Source of the DNA: Pseudomonadota bacterium
GTDB taxonomy: Bacteria > Desulfobacterota > Desulfovibrionia > Desulfovibrionales > Desulfovibrionaceae
Assembly: GCA_023417745.1 (NCBI GenBank)
Contig: JAEZEM010000408.1
Span: 1 to 45,865, forward strand
Reading direction: 5' to 3'
DNA: 45,865 nt
Part shown: piece by piece, positions 19,418 through 28,807 of the stretch
Layout: every line of letters begins with the position of its first letter
Position numbering within the stretch: position 1 is the stretch's first letter
Notes under the pieces: generated by a model
What the model was told of the DNA's origin: nothing
Databases searched by the model: none
The model's input: only the letters and a program-made list of their open reading frames with translations
Position numbers and translations under genes: made by a program

Positions 19418-19818
19418 TGGCGACCTGTCTCCTGTGCTGGCCCAACCACGCCGATGCGGCCGCCTTTGCCGGCGGGGTCTGGCAAACGCCCCTGGTCAAC
19501 CTGCGGGACCGCTTCCTGACCCGGGTGGCCCGGACGGCCGGCCTGTCCCTGGAGGCCACGCGCTTTGACGTGGACCTGTCCCGGGACCGCACCATCAAGG
19601 TGATGGCCATCCCCGGCCACACCTTGTCGCCCTCGGCCCGCATCCGCGTCCGGTGCTTTGCCGACGCCGCCCGCACCATCACCCGGGCCGACTCGGGGTG
19701 GTTGGACGTCTGGCCGGCCATTTTCGCCACCCCGGACCTGGAATGGGAAGCCGACAACTGGTGGTCCGGCCGGGTCTTGGCCGAGAATATGGCCCGGCTG
19801 CCCCGGTCATACGTGTAA
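19417..19818 (+). pseudogene. Truncated putative phage tail-associated protein
   Basis: WPN..D.A...GG.W..PL.NL....L.RVART, DSGWLDVWP, LEWEADNWWSG; ends abruptly where the helicase fragment begins. Confidence 0.5.
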
Positions 19819-21149
19819 CCGCCCCCACTCTGGACCTGAAAACTGGCCGCCTCATCGAGCGCCCCGGTTTTGACCGCGAAACGGGGCTGTTTCTGGATTA
19901 CGACGGCCGTTGTCCCGACGTACCGGAGACGCCAAACCTCGACGACGTGCGCGCGGCCGTCAACGTTCTTTGGCGGCCGTTCGCCGAATTCCCCTTTCGG
20001 TCGGCGCTGGACGCGTCCGTCGTCTTCGGGCTGCTGCTGCTGGCGACTGTGCGCCAAGCGCTCCCCACGGCCCCCGGCCACGCCGTGAACGCCCCCGCCG
20101 CCGGATCAGGCAAAACGCTTTTGGCTATGTGCGCGTGCAGGCTTGCCGGGGCGAGATTCCCGACCGTCCTGCCCGGCGTTGACGGCGACGAGTTGCGCAA
20201 GCGGCTGCTGACCATCGGCCGGCTCGCTGTGCTTGGGGCCGTTTTCGACAACCTCTTCGGGCGATTTGGGTCTGACGCCCTGTGCGCGTGGCTCACGTCG
20301 CCTTGGTTCGAAGACAGAATCCTTGGGGCCAGCGCAAGCGTCCGCGTGCCCACCTCCATGATGCTTCTGCTCACCGGCAACAACCTGATTCTCGTTGGCG
20401 ACCTGTGCCGTCGCGTCCTACCGGCCCACCTGGACCCGCAATGCGAAACCCCTTGGCGGCGTGCGTTTGCCGTCGATCCGCTTGAACACGTCGAAAAGCA
20501 CCGACTCGAAATGGTCGCCGCCGGGCTGACTGTCCTGAGATGGGCCTTGGGCCGGCCCCGGTCCTTCTGCGACCGCACGGCCAGTTTTGAGCTTTGGTCC
20601 GACACCGTGCGCCACGCCGTCGTGGAGGTCGGCCGCGAGGGGTTCATGGAACTGCCGGACCCCTGCAATGCGATAGACACGTCCTTCGAGACGGACCCGG
20701 ACACGCTGAAGCTCGGAGCACTGCTTGCCGCCTGGGATGCCCATGGCTTTGACCGCCCCCAATCGGTTGCCGAAATCCTCGACGCCTGCGGTCGCGCCCC
20801 TGACCTTGAGGACGCCGTGGACGAGATTGCCGGCGAGCGCGGACAGATCAACCGCCGCAGGCTTGGCCGCTGGATCGAAAGCCGTGCGGGTCGGATCGTG
20901 AACGGTTTGCGCTTCCGGCGTGCTGGAACACGGCAAGGCGTGTCGCTTTGGGCCGTCGAGAAAACCCACGAAACCCCCGTTTCCGTGGGAGTCGTGGGAG
21001 ACGTGGTTTTTTTTCCACCCACACGCGCTGAGAAAAATTCTGGAGATGACTCCCGCACGCACACAACGGAAAATACGCGCGGGGGGCTTGGGTCAAATAT
21101 CTCCCACGAAACCCCCAAAACCCACGGCCGCGACGAGGCGCTCATATGA
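19812..21149 (+). pseudogene. N-terminally truncated primase-helicase (SF3-like P-loop) of a phage/satellite
   Basis: TAPTL...GR.I..PG.D..TGL, Walker A APAAGSGKT, Walker B FDN, RILG, TGNN, DL.RR; no start codon or primase domain upstream. Confidence 0.75.
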
Positions 21150-21556
21150 ACGCCCTCGACCGCCTGATCGCGCTTGGCGTCGCCGCGACCCCGACCGACG
21201 ATGGCCGCCTTCGGCTGTCCGGCCTGTCCGCCCTGGACGACACGCAGGCCGCCGAGGCTGTGACCCTGGCCCGGGAAAGCAAGCTCGCCATCCTGGCGGA
21301 CCTAGGGGCCGTCCACGACGCCGAAGCCCTGGCCCGGTTTCGCGAAAGCCATCCGCACCTGGCGTGCTGTCCATGCACGCGCCCGGCTTGGAACTGGAGA
21401 CCCGTATCGTGGTGCGTCACGCGATGCCCGACGCCCTGCACTGCGGCGACCCCTGCCCGGCCCGGTCGCGGCCCGCCGAGAGGGTCGCCCCTGGAACGGT
21501 TGCCCGTGCGAATGGTTGCCCCGTGCAACTATCATGGGTCCTTCCGCCGGGGGTGA
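21146..21556 (+). CDS. Small post-primase protein with a Cys-rich C-terminus
   Basis: ATGA overlap with the helicase; L..LG......DG.LR....L.......RE.K.AILA.L pattern; CCPC...WC..RCPTPC. Confidence 0.5.
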   Translation: MNALDRLIALGVAATPTDDGRLRLSGLSALDDTQAAEAVTLARESKLAILADLGAVHDAEALARFRESHPHLACCPCTRPAWNWRPVSWCVTRCPTPCTAATPARPGRGPPRGSPLERLPVRMVAPCNYHGSFRRG

Positions 21557-21647
21557 ACGCGGGTCGGCATCGAACCGCAATCTCTCCCTAGTGTGTAGGA
21601 AATTCCTCGAATACGCTTAACCGATAGCACCCATAGGAGATTTCGAT

Positions 21648-21965
21648 ATGTACGCCAAGACCACTGGCCGCCCGGCCGCCAAGACCATGGCGAGCCTGAT
21701 TTCCGAATCCGTCGCCGCCGCCGCCAAGACCGCGCCCCCGGCCGCCGCGACCGCCGTGACCGAACACGCCCGGGCCGCTGCCGCCTGCGCGGAGTTTTTC
21801 AAGGCCGCCGAAAAAATGGCCGACCGCGACAGCCTCGAAGCGGCGTTTTCCCTGGCGCAAAAAGCCGTTTTCCCGGCCGCCGAAGCTGCCCAGGCCGCCG
21901 GCCAGGACGACGACGCCCTGCTGGCCGCCGGCCGCGAAGCCATGAACGCCGCGCGGAAATTTTAA
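21648..21965 (+). CDS. Ala-rich hypothetical protein
   Basis: AGGAG RBS; helical Ala-rich composition. Confidence 0.6.
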   Translation: MYAKTTGRPAAKTMASLISESVAAAAKTAPPAAATAVTEHARAAAACAEFFKAAEKMADRDSLEAAFSLAQKAVFPAAEAAQAAGQDDDALLAAGREAMNAARKF

Positions 21966-21979
21966 CCGACTCTGGAGGT

Positions 21980-22693
21980 ATGAAAATGGGACTCTTCAGC
22001 AAAAAAACCACCGTCGCCGTCATCGAGACCGCGAAACCCGCCCCCGCCACGCCTGAAATCGATCTCGCCGCCCTGGCCCCGGAGGAATGGGCCGCGTATG
22101 AGGCCGCCGCCAGCGTCGCGAAAACCCACGCCGCCGACCGGAGCCGACTCTATCGCGAGGTAGCGGACATTGAAGCCGCCGTCGCCCGCCTGGAGGCCGA
22201 AGCCGTCGCCTGCCGGGCCGCCCACGAAACCCGGACGCGCGCCCGCTTGAGCGGCCAGCCGATCCCACCGGAATCCGGTCGGGCGGTTCGAGACGTGGCC
22301 GCCGACCTCGAACTGGCGCGGCTCGACCTTGCCGTGGCGCGCTCCGTGCTGGTGGAAGCCACGGAGACCGCCGACGACGCGGGCGACCGTTCGGCCCTGG
22401 CGTTCCGGCGAGTTATGGCCTCGGCGTCCGAGGCACTGGTGGCCGAGGCCGTCGCTGCGGTCGGGGATCGGCTCGACTACGCGCACGGGCTGTTGCACCG
22501 GGCGGCCCCGGGCGACCGCACCGAGCGGCTTGGCGAGTTCGTCGCCCGCGTTTTGGCCGGCGGACGGCACGCAAAGCCCCTGCCGGCCGACGTGCCGACC
22601 ACGCCGGGCGGCCCCGTCGATTTCGGCTTCGAGGTGCTGGACCGCGATGACGACGACGCGCGGACCGGCCAGGCCGAGGCGGCGGGGTTTTAG
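21980..22693 (+). CDS. Ala-rich coiled-coil hypothetical protein
   Basis: GGAGG RBS; heptad-like LYREVADIEAAVARLEAEA. Confidence 0.6.
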   Translation: MKMGLFSKKTTVAVIETAKPAPATPEIDLAALAPEEWAAYEAAASVAKTHAADRSRLYREVADIEAAVARLEAEAVACRAAHETRTRARLSGQPIPPESGRAVRDVAADLELARLDLAVARSVLVEATETADDAGDRSALAFRRVMASASEALVAEAVAAVGDRLDYAHGLLHRAAPGDRTERLGEFVARVLAGGRHAKPLPADVPTTPGGPVDFGFEVLDRDDDDARTGQAEAAGF

Positions 22694-22695
22694 CC

Positions 22696-22926
22696 ATGGG
22701 CGCGGACCTCCGCGACCGGCTTTTTCGGCGCGCCCGCAAGGCTGCCGGCCTGGTCGAATTTGAGAGAAGCTGCCGGCGAAAAATCCGGGGGGCGTCGGGG
22801 CACCTCGTGCTGGCGCGACACGTCCCCGGCACACCGGAACGGGAGGAGTTCTTGCGACTCCAGGAGGCGGTTCACACGCGCTACAAGGAACTCCTGGCCG
22901 CCGCCAAGACTGCCGGCCTGATTTGA
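22696..22926 (+). CDS. Small basic hypothetical protein
   Basis: Tight spacing to the upstream gene; followed by a terminator. Confidence 0.5.
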   Translation: MGADLRDRLFRRARKAAGLVEFERSCRRKIRGASGHLVLARHVPGTPEREEFLRLQEAVHTRYKELLAAAKTAGLI

Positions 22927-22953
22927 CGCCAGCCCGGCAAAACGACCGAACCG

Positions 22954-22986
22954 AGGCCCGTTCCCCCGCCAGGGAGCGGGCCTTTT
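22954..22986 (+). terminator. Rho-independent terminator
   Basis: AGGCCCGTTCCC...GGGAGCGGGCCT followed by TTT. Confidence 0.65.
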
Positions 22987-23321
22987 GCGTGGCGGCGTAC
23001 CCCAGGACGGCCGGGCGGGGCAAGCCGGGAGCCGGCCGCGAGAACGCCCGCCAGCCGCGTTTTCGACCGCTGCCGTGGAGCTTGGGTCATCTTCCAGGCC
23101 TGGGGCGCTGTATCAGCCGCCTGTGCGTCGGGGGGGTTTTCGGGCGGGCCTGGGGCTACGGCGGCCCCCATGGTGGGGACGGCTTTTCAACGCGGCGCGG
23201 GCGAGGTATCTTCACGAGACGGCACGGGCCATCACCTTCAACAGCGGGACCAGGGCGGGACAACCATGGGGCAGACAAAAGAAAAAGGGGCCAGCTTTTC
23301 AGCTAACCCCTTGATTTCTTA

Positions 23322-23397
23322 TGGTGCCGAGGGAGAGAATTGAACTCCCGACACGGGGATTTTCAGTCCCCTGCTCTACCGACTGAGCTACCTCGGC
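23322..23397 (-). tRNA. tRNA-Phe (GAA)
   Basis: Reverse complement GCCGAGGTAGCTCAGTCGGTAGAGCAGGGGACTGAAAATCCCCGTGTCGGGAGTTCAATTCTCTCCCTCGGCACCA; 76 nt with encoded CCA. Confidence 0.98.
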
Positions 23398-23412
23398 AGC
23401 GGCGAGAAGGGA

Positions 23413-23441
23413 TATCTAGCCAAACACGCTGGGCTTGGCAA
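23413..23441 (-). promoter_or_regulatory. Putative sigma70 promoter of tRNA-Phe
   Basis: TTGCCA-N17-TAGATA on the minus strand just upstream of the tRNA. Confidence 0.5.
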
Positions 23442-23543
23442 CAACTTTTTTTGAGGTTCCCATGAAAACCAATGATTTTATTTTCTCCCTGATCGGGCTA
23501 TCTACCTACCTGCTCGTGCTGTTCTACCTTTAGGAGAAACGAC

Positions 23544-23978
23544 ATGTCCGAACTTGCCGCCTTCATCGACTCCTGGACCGACGATCCAAACGGCGTCAAA
23601 CAGGCCTTTGTGCGCCTCAAGACCGTGCTCGAAAACCTCCAGGGCGCCACCGTCAACTTCGTGCCCCGGCCGCCCGCGAGCTACAGCCTGCGCGCCGAAC
23701 CCCATCGCGGCCGCCCCGTCATCACCATGGTCGACGTGGCCACCCTTGACGGCGAACGCTTCCTGTCGGTGTGCTTCTACGCCGACACCATCACCGACCC
23801 TGAGGAGCGCGGCGACCTCATCCCCGGCGGGCTGCTCTCCCAGGACGGCTACTGCTTCGACCTCGACTCCGGCGACGTCAACGACGTGGCCTACATCGAA
23901 GCCCGCATCATCGAAGCCGCCAACGCCTTCTCCCTGCCCGAGGACAGCCCCTGCGGCGAGGTCGACGAGGAAGACTAG
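23544..23978 (+). CDS. Conserved-looking acidic hypothetical protein
   Basis: AGGAG RBS; strong host codon bias; RFLSVCFYADTITDPEERGDLIPGGLL..DGYCFD. Confidence 0.75.
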   Translation: MSELAAFIDSWTDDPNGVKQAFVRLKTVLENLQGATVNFVPRPPASYSLRAEPHRGRPVITMVDVATLDGERFLSVCFYADTITDPEERGDLIPGGLLSQDGYCFDLDSGDVNDVAYIEARIIEAANAFSLPEDSPCGEVDEED

Positions 23979-24185
23979 CCTCGCGTCCCATCCACAAGAC
24001 GAGGGATTTTTTCAGAAATAATCATGGGCGTCAGGTGTTGCCCGCGAAACGGCGCAGGCTCTTTCAAGGACGCGATGCTGGCCCCGTAGTCTCGCCCAGG
24101 CGCGCGACGCCGGCCACGAACCACGCCGCACAGGGGACCGCGCCCCGAACATACGCAAGCGTTTGCGAAAGGGACGCGGCCCCTG

Positions 24186-24587
24186 TCACCAGGGCTGAAA
24201 CAGGCCGCCGGCCGGGCCGGCGTCGTCCAGGCCAAACGCGTCGGGCACGTGGCTGGCCGTCAGGCGACCGTTTCGGCGCTCGACGGCCACCACGTCAAAC
24301 CGGCACGGCCGGTCCCACCAGCCTCGCTCGGACAAAAATTGCGCCGCCGCCCGCACGACGCGCCCCCGCTTGGCCGGGGTGACCGCCTCCTCGGGCCGGC
24401 CGCGCATCCCCTCCCCCCGGGCCTTGACCTCCACAAAGACGACCGTGTCGCCGTCGCGGCACACCAGATCCACTTCACCCCCGCGCGTGCGGTAATTGCG
24501 GGCCACCACCACAAAGCCCTTGGCGACAAGATGCGCCTGGGCGGCGGCTTCGCCCTCACGGCCGAATTCCAGATGTTTGGCGGTCAT
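24186..24587 (-). CDS. yraN: YraN family (UPF0102) endonuclease-like protein
   Basis: GREGEAAA..HL..KG..VVARNYR...GEVDLV.....VFVEVKAR, RFDVVAV. Confidence 0.92.
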   Translation of the reverse strand: MTAKHLEFGREGEAAAQAHLVAKGFVVVARNYRTRGGEVDLVCRDGDTVVFVEVKARGEGMRGRPEEAVTPAKRGRVVRAAAQFLSERGWWDRPCRFDVVAVERRNGRLTASHVPDAFGLDDAGPAGGLFQPW

Positions 24588-24856
24588 GGGCGGCGCTTCC
24601 TGCGGGCAAGAGGCTTGGGCGAAAAAGGACCGCGAGCAGCGAAACCATGGGCAAACGGCCTGGGGCCGACCTGCCCAGGCCCTACGCCACGCTTGGGCCG
24701 CCAGGACACTGTCCGGGGCGCGCAAACGGCAAACAGCCCGGGCCGGCAACCGCCGAGAGGATGGCCGAGGCGTGGGAAGGCGTTGTGTCGAGGGGACGGG
24801 ACGGCCCAAACCGGCGGCCATGGAGCCAACCCGCCGACGCCGAGAGCCATGGCGGC

Positions 24857-25489
24857 CTACAGCCCCGGCAGGCCGAGCTGGCGCGGCGTCGTATCCGGCA
24901 GCACGCCCCGAAAGGTCAGGCGGTGGATGGGGCAAGGCCCCAGGCGGCGCAGGGCGTCCAGATGGACGGCCACGCCGTAGCCTTTGTGGGCGGCGAAACC
25001 GTAGCCGGGATGGCGGCGGTCATAAAGATCAAGCAACTTGTCACGGGCGGTCTTGGCCAGGATGGAGGCGGCGGAAATGGCCGGGACGCTGGCGTCGCCG
25101 CCGATGACGCACTCCTGGCGCAGGCTGCCGGGCAGGACGCCCAGCCGGGCTTCGGGAATGGTCTTGTTGCCGTCGATGCAGGCCAGCCCGGGGGGCAGGC
25201 GCAAACGGGCCAGGGCCTTGGCCATGGCCGCGAAGGTGGCTTGCAGGATATTGATGCGGTCGATTTCGTCCGGCCAGACAAAGGCCACCGCCCAGGCCAG
25301 GGCTTGGGCCTTGATGGCCGGGGCCAGAGCCTCGCGCTTGGCGGCGGAGAGCTTCTTGGAATCGGTCAGGCCCGGCAGCTCGTAGACCTCGGGCAGGATG
25401 ACCGCGCCAGCGGCCACCGGTCCGGCCAGGCAGCCTCGGCCGGCCTCGTCCACGCCGGCCATGAGCCGATCTTTCGCGGCTTCAGTCAT
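24857..25489 (-). CDS. rnhB: Ribonuclease HII
   Basis: [43 protein letters not shown]. Confidence 0.97.
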   Translation of the reverse strand: MTEAAKDRLMAGVDEAGRGCLAGPVAAGAVILPEVYELPGLTDSKKLSAAKREALAPAIKAQALAWAVAFVWPDEIDRINILQATFAAMAKALARLRLPPGLACIDGNKTIPEARLGVLPGSLRQECVIGGDASVPAISAASILAKTARDKLLDLYDRRHPGYGFAAHKGYGVAVHLDALRRLGPCPIHRLTFRGVLPDTTPRQLGLPGL

Positions 25490-25594
25490 GGCCGCAAGCG
25501 CCAAAAGCCGCGCCCGCCCGCGTCCCCAAGGACGGCGGGCAGGCCGCGGCCGACAAATGGAACCCCAAGGGGACCACGGCGCGTCGCCGCAAGC

Positions 25595-25945
25595 TTAATC
25601 CCAAGCGGTGCGGGTCTTGATGCGGGCAGCCTTGCCGCGCAGGGCGCGCAGGTAGTACAGGCGGCTGCGGCGGACCTTGCCCTGGGAAACCACTTCGATG
25701 CGCTCGATAAACGGCGAGTGCATGGGGAACACGCGCTCGACGCCCACGCCGTCGGAGACCTTGCGCACGGTGAAGGTGGAGTCCACCCCGCCCTTGCGCA
25801 GGCGCAGCACCGCGCCCTGGAAGACCTGGATGCGCTCTTTTTCACCCTCGATGATGCGCAGGTGCACCTTGATGGTGTCGCCGGGACGGAAGGCCGGGAT
25901 GTCCATACGCATTTGTTCGCGTTCAAGCTGGTCAATCACGTTCAT
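25595..25945 (-). CDS. rplS: 50S ribosomal protein L19
   Basis: [39 protein letters not shown]. Confidence 0.99.
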   Translation of the reverse strand: MNVIDQLEREQMRMDIPAFRPGDTIKVHLRIIEGEKERIQVFQGAVLRLRKGGVDSTFTVRKVSDGVGVERVFPMHSPFIERIEVVSQGKVRRSRLYYLRALRGKAARIKTRTAWD

Positions 25946-26123
25946 AACGCTTTCTCCTCGGATAAAGCCGCAAGCGCCCCGCGCCGTCCGGCCTTGGAAT
26001 GTCGTTGTCTCGCCGCCGCGACGCCCTTGGCGTCGCGCCCTCGAAGTCCGGCCTCCGGACTTCGACGCTTACTCCCGAAATTTTTCCTTAACCACACTGG
26101 CGTATGCTTAAGGGAACGCCCCG

Positions 26124-27401
26124 CTACAGGGCATCGCCGATCAGCCTGTCGATCAATATGCCGGCCGCGGCCCGCACCGACAGGTGGTTGTAGTCCGAAA
26201 ACGGCCGGATCGCCGGCAACACCCCGTCGGCTCGGTCCAGCACGTCCTCGGCCAGACCATGGCCCGTGCCCAGGACCACCAGCATGGGACGCGCCGCCAT
26301 CATCTCCCGCGCCGCCGCAAACGACAGCGTGGCCGGTCCCCGGGCGCTGGTGGCGACCAGGGCCGCCGGCCGGCCGTGCTCGGCCGAAACCGCCGCCAGG
26401 GCCGCGTCCAGGGTCTCGTGCAGCCGCACCAGGGACAGGGCCTTGGCCCGGTCCGGATTGGAACGCGCGCCTGGGCCGGCCCGCCAATGCTCCACGATGC
26501 GCCCGGCCAGGGTGAGCTGGTCGCGAAGCGGGGTCACCACCTCGAACCCGCCCAGACCGTAGGTACGGGAAACGCGCGCTATATCGTGGACGTCGAGATT
26601 TGTCAAAGACACTGTGCCGACAGAGCCGTCCTTGAGCAGCACCGGCCCGTGGACGAGGCCGATATGGCAGTTGCGGCCGGACCGGCGGCGCGGCGTGCCC
26701 TTTAAAAAATCGGCGTCCTCGGGGGACAGCGGCGTGGCGTCGAAAAGATCCGGCCGGCGGGCCAGGGTGGTTTCCAGCGACCGTTGCCGCCGCCAGGCCG
26801 CGATGGCGGCATGGTTGCCGGAAAGCAGCTCCGGCGGCACGGGCAGGCCCTCGAAGACTTCGGGCCGGGTGTAGTGCGGATATTCGAGCAGGCCGGCGGA
26901 AAAGCTCTCCTCGTCGGCGGAGGCGTCCTTGCCCATGAACCCGGGCACGAGGCGCGAAACGGCCTCCATGAGGCAGGCGGCGGCGGATTCGCCGCCCGAG
27001 AGCACGAAATCGCCCACGGACACGGGGGTCACGTCGAAAAGATCGAAAATGCGGGCGTCGATGCCCTCATAGCGGCCGCACAGCAGGGTAAGGCTTTGCT
27101 CTTTGGCCAGATCGGCGGCCATGGCCTGGGTCAGCGGCTTCCCGGCCGGCGAGAGCATGAGGATTTTTCCCGGCGCGGGCTGGGCGCGCAGGGCCGCGAC
27201 CATGGTGGGCAGGCCCATGACCATGCCCGGGCCGCCGCCGTAGGGCCGGTCGTCCACGGTATGGTGGCGGTCGACGGCGAAATCACGGGGGTTGACGCGC
27301 GACACGGAAACGACGCCCGCCTCCACCGCCTTGGCCATGAGCCCGCAGGAGAGGAAGGAATCGAAAAATTCCGGAAAGATCGTCAACACGTTAAACTGCA
27401 T
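26124..27401 (-). CDS. trmD: tRNA (guanine-N1)-methyltransferase TrmD fused to a second SPOUT methyltransferase (DUF2168/Tm1570-like)
   Basis: VDDRPYGGGPGMV, CGRYEGID, GDFVLSGGE, LLEYPHYTRP; then LVHGPV....G....SLTNLDVHDIAR..RTY, LGTGHGL, YNHLSVRAA. Confidence 0.95.
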   Translation of the reverse strand: MQFNVLTIFPEFFDSFLSCGLMAKAVEAGVVSVSRVNPRDFAVDRHHTVDDRPYGGGPGMVMGLPTMVAALRAQPAPGKILMLSPAGKPLTQAMAADLAKEQSLTLLCGRYEGIDARIFDLFDVTPVSVGDFVLSGGESAAACLMEAVSRLVPGFMGKDASADEESFSAGLLEYPHYTRPEVFEGLPVPPELLSGNHAAIAAWRRQRSLETTLARRPDLFDATPLSPEDADFLKGTPRRRSGRNCHIGLVHGPVLLKDGSVGTVSLTNLDVHDIARVSRTYGLGGFEVVTPLRDQLTLAGRIVEHWRAGPGARSNPDRAKALSLVRLHETLDAALAAVSAEHGRPAALVATSARGPATLSFAAAREMMAARPMLVVLGTGHGLAEDVLDRADGVLPAIRPFSDYNHLSVRAAAGILIDRLIGDAL

Positions 27402-27530
27402 TTTTTTCTCATCCGAGCGCGTTGCCCAGGCCGCACCCATTCTACAGCCCCCCATTCGGGAAGTCCGGGGGGATCATCCCCCCGGCGGGTCCAGGGCAGC
27501 GCCCTGGCCGGGTCTGGGGCGGAGCCCCAG

Positions 27531-28085
27531 TTACTCGTCCACGAGATAGAGGTCGAGCAGCCCCGGGGGCGGGTCGATGGTGACGACGCCGGCGTCGAGG
27601 TCGACGTCGGGCACGAAATCGTCGGTGGCGGGAAAGAGGATCTCGCGGCCCTTGGCGTCGCGGATGACCCAGATTTCCGGTCCGCCGTAGTCGCGGACGT
27701 CCTCGATGACGCCGAGGTCGGGATCGGTTGGCGCGGCGTCGGCCAGACGCACCCGCAGGCCCGGCAGGTCGTGGAGGAACACCTCGTCTTCGGCGGTCGC
27801 GACGAGCTTGTCGGCCGGCACGCAAACGGCCAAGCCCCGCAGGGCATCGGCGGCGGTGCGGTCCGGGACGTTGTCGAAGGTGACGAGGATGCGATCCTGG
27901 TGGGGCCGGGCGGCGCGCACCACATAGTCCCTGCCGCGCCCGGGGTCCGACGGCGGCGACAGGCGCAGGGTCGAACCTCGGGCGAAGTAGGTGGGGGAAT
28001 CGGCGTGGCTGTCCACGACGAGTTCTCCCCGGACGCCGTGGGGGCGGGCGACCTCCCCCACGATGATGTATTTGCTTGCGGCCAT
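27531..28085 (-). CDS. rimM: 16S rRNA processing protein RimM
   Basis: VGEVARPHGVRGEL, DRTAADALRG, PPPGLL; operon position. Confidence 0.93.
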   Translation of the reverse strand: MAASKYIIVGEVARPHGVRGELVVDSHADSPTYFARGSTLRLSPPSDPGRGRDYVVRAARPHQDRILVTFDNVPDRTAADALRGLAVCVPADKLVATAEDEVFLHDLPGLRVRLADAAPTDPDLGVIEDVRDYGGPEIWVIRDAKGREILFPATDDFVPDVDLDAGVVTIDPPPGLLDLYLVDE

Positions 28086-28131
28086 GGACCGTCTGCCTTG
28101 GTTGCGGCGCGGGCCGTGCGCGCCGGCCGGG

Positions 28132-28365
28132 TTATTCGAGGATTTCCAGGACGGAGCGCTTGCGGGCCTTGGTGGAGGCCGCGCCGAGGATGGTGCGCAT
28201 GGCCCGGGCGGTGCGGCCCTGCTTGCCGATGACCTTGCCGAGGTCTTCCTTGGCCACCTTGAGTTCGATGACCGAGGTCTGCTCGCCTTCAATCTCCGAC
28301 ACGTGCACCTGGTCCGGATTATCCACCAACGATTTCGCCACGTATTCGATCAAGTCCTTCAACAT
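28132..28365 (-). CDS. khpA: KH-domain RNA-binding protein (KhpA/YlqC)
   Basis: [26 protein letters not shown]. Confidence 0.93.
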   Translation of the reverse strand: MLKDLIEYVAKSLVDNPDQVHVSEIEGEQTSVIELKVAKEDLGKVIGKQGRTARAMRTILGAASTKARKRSVLEILE

Positions 28366-28506
28366 ACGCACCTCCTGAGGGTAACCGTCAGAGCAAGCGA
28401 AGGACTTCCGCTTCCGAGTCCGCACATCTCCCGGCAGTCGGGAGGGGAGCGGCGGCGTCGCGGCTTGCCGGCCGGACCGGCCCGGCGGTCACCCGCCGGC
28501 TTGCGC

Positions 28507-28746
28507 CTAGACGCCCGCCTTCTGGAGCAGGGCGCGCACGGTGTCCGTGGGCTCAGCGCCGCGCGCCAGCCAGGCCCGTACTTTTTCACCATCCACTTTT
28601 ATCTCGGCCGGGTCAACCATGGGGTTGTAATAGCCCAGGTATTCCAGGGCGCGGCCGTCGCGGCGGGTTTCGGAATTCATGGCGACAATGCGGTAGAACG
28701 GGCGCTTCTTGCAACCCATGCGGGTCAGGCGCAGTTTCATGGCCAT
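28507..28746 (-). CDS. rpsP: 30S ribosomal protein S16
   Basis: [39 protein letters not shown]. Confidence 0.99.
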   Translation of the reverse strand: MAMKLRLTRMGCKKRPFYRIVAMNSETRRDGRALEYLGYYNPMVDPAEIKVDGEKVRAWLARGAEPTDTVRALLQKAGV

Positions 28747-28807
28747 AACGTGTCTCCCCTTTATGTGGTGGACGATTTGCTGTTGTGGAAGCCCGCGAAC
28801 CTTGCGG

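Larger units (their letters stand above)
14559..23321. mobile_element. Decayed integrative element / prophage-satellite mosaic at the tRNA-Phe 3' end
   Basis: Integrase remnant, TA pair, Xis-like gene, phage MTase/tail/primase fragments abutting the tRNA 3' end; left boundary uncertain and no att duplication seen. Confidence 0.7.

Noticed and set aside
18299..19816. GTGCT/GTGT near four collage junctions as a recombination motif
   Set aside because: GTG-CT is a very common Val-Leu codon pair here, and the breakpoints are only approximate without alignments
24130..24190. Long GC-rich hairpin between the hypothetical gene and yraN
   Set aside because: Lies between convergent genes and is most simply a termination or stability structure; no match to an RNA family I recognise
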